DNA of 63,696 nt, counting the filler, from Octopus bimaculoides (Eukaryota): the NCBI RefSeq assembly GCF_001194135.2. It is 8 parts of 8 records of this genome, joined end to end, with 100 filler letters (N's around TTAATTAATTAA, not from the genome) between each part and the next. Parts side by side here need not be neighbours in the genome. Positions count along the whole stretch, not along the records: positions 59,465 to 63,696 come from NC_068992.1; 7 more parts are not named here. One strand, given 5' to 3'. Positions 62,495-63,696 of the stretch are shown piece after piece. Under the pieces are notes generated by a model, which saw only the letters and a list, made by a program, of their open reading frames with translations, made no database searches and was not told the DNA's origin. Numbering within the stretch: the stretch's first letter is position 1; the number at the start of each line of letters is the position of its first letter. A program made the position numbers and the translations under genes.

Positions 62495-63115
62495 NNNNNN
62501 NNNNNNNNNNNNNNNNNNNNNNNNNNNNNNNNNNNNNNNNNNNNNNNNNNNNNNNNNNNNNNNNNNNNNNNNNNNNNNNNNNNNNNNNNNNNNNNNNNNN
62601 NNNNNNNNNNNNNNNNNNNNNNNNNNNNNNNNNNNNNNNNNNNNNNNNNNNNNNNNNNNNNNNNNNNNNNNNNNNNNNNNNNNNNNNNNNNNNNNNNNNN
62701 NNNNNNNNNNNNNNNNNNNNNNNNNNNNNNNNNNNNNNNNNNNNNNNNNNNNNNNNNNNNNNNNNNNNNNNNNNNNNNNNNNNNNNNNNNNNNNNNNNNN
62801 NNNNNNNNNNNNNNNNNNNNNNNNNNNNNNNNNNNNNNNNNNNNNNNNNNNNNNNNNNNNNNNNNNNNNNNNNNNNNNNNNNNNNNNNNNNNNNNNNNNN
62901 NNNNNNNNNNNNNNNNNNNNNNNNNNNNNNNNNNNNNNNNNNNNNNNNNNNNNNNNNNNNNNNNNNNNNNNNNNNNNNNNNNNNNNNNNNNNNNNNNNNN
63001 NNNNNNNNNNNNNNNNNNNNNNNNNNNNNNNNNNNNNNNNNNNNNNNNNNNNNNNNNNNNNNNNNNNNNNNNNNNNNTATATATATATCACAGCTACGCC
63101 TGCGCCTACATATAT

Positions 63116-63510
63116 AGGCATAGGCGTGGCTGTGGTATAAAAAGTTTGCTTTCCAACCTCATCGATCTGGGTTCAGTCCCATTGAGTTGCACCTTAGGCA
63201 AGTGTTTTCTGCTATAGCCCCCTGGCCGACCACACTTTTGAATGGGTTTTTGTAAACAGAAACTGAAAGCTCGTCGTATGCATATATATGTGGGTATATA
63301 TGTGTTTGTTTGAGTCTGTTTGTTCAATATCATCCCCAACCGGTATTGATGTGTTTACATCCCAATAACTTTGCTGTTGGGCAAGAAAGAGCAGTAAATA
63401 AGTACAAGGTTTTTTTAAAAAATAAGTACTGGTTGCGATTCGTTCCACTAATATTCTTCAAAGCGGTGCCCCAGCATAGCTGCAGTCTAATGACAGAAAC
63501 AAGTAAAATA
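63116..63510 (+). mobile_element. Complete SINE family B (tRNA-like head + internal microsatellite + body + LINE-like tail)
   Basis: ggcataggcgtggctgtgg...gggttcagtccc...ggcaagtgttttctgctatagcc...gaaactgaaag, (TA/TG)n, catccccaaccggtattgatgtgtttacatcc..., tail gcggtgccccagcatagctgcagtctaatgacagaaacaagtaaaa. Confidence 0.8.
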
Positions 63511-63578
63511 TAAAAAATATTGGACACGCACAAACACACACACTTACGTGCACGCGCGCACACACTCACACACACACT

Positions 63579-63634
<56 letters not shown>

Positions 63635-63696
63635 TATAGATAGATAGGTTTCTTTATTAGCCACACAGGGCTCAACACAGAGGGGACAAAATACAA

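Overview
AT-rich, microsatellite-dense animal genomic DNA from a draft assembly, with roughly a sixth of the window as N gaps. The SINE, LINE and microsatellite landscape resembles Octopus or another coleoid cephalopod (inference from recalled repeat families). Almost every ORF in the six-frame track is a microsatellite or gap artefact. The only well-supported host coding sequence is two spliced + strand exons of an SLC22-family (MFS organic cation transporter-like) gene at 41832-42034 and 43643-43984. Most of the rest is transposon debris: an internally deleted RTE LINE, a CR1-type LINE 3' end, Penelope-like elements, two R4/Dong-like REL retrotransposon 3' ends in (TAA)n tracts, several Tc1/mariner remnants and MITEs, and about 30 copies of three tRNA-type SINE families. 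Seven artificial 100-bp N44-TTAATTAATTAA-N44 spacers mark scaffold joins. The most notable unexplained signals are: (1) a chain of candidate micro-exons (6, 11, 9, 7 and 64 nt) whose last three join in frame into a signal-peptide-like N-terminus; (2) a dispersed repeat carrying a minimal hammerhead-ribozyme-like fold; (3) a CR1-type LINE 3' end shared with a SINE tail; (4) a repeat-poor block with strong minus-strand splice signals and a 73-aa orphan ORF; and (5) a nested inverted duplication. All alignments and translations were done by eye, and TE boundaries are approximate.
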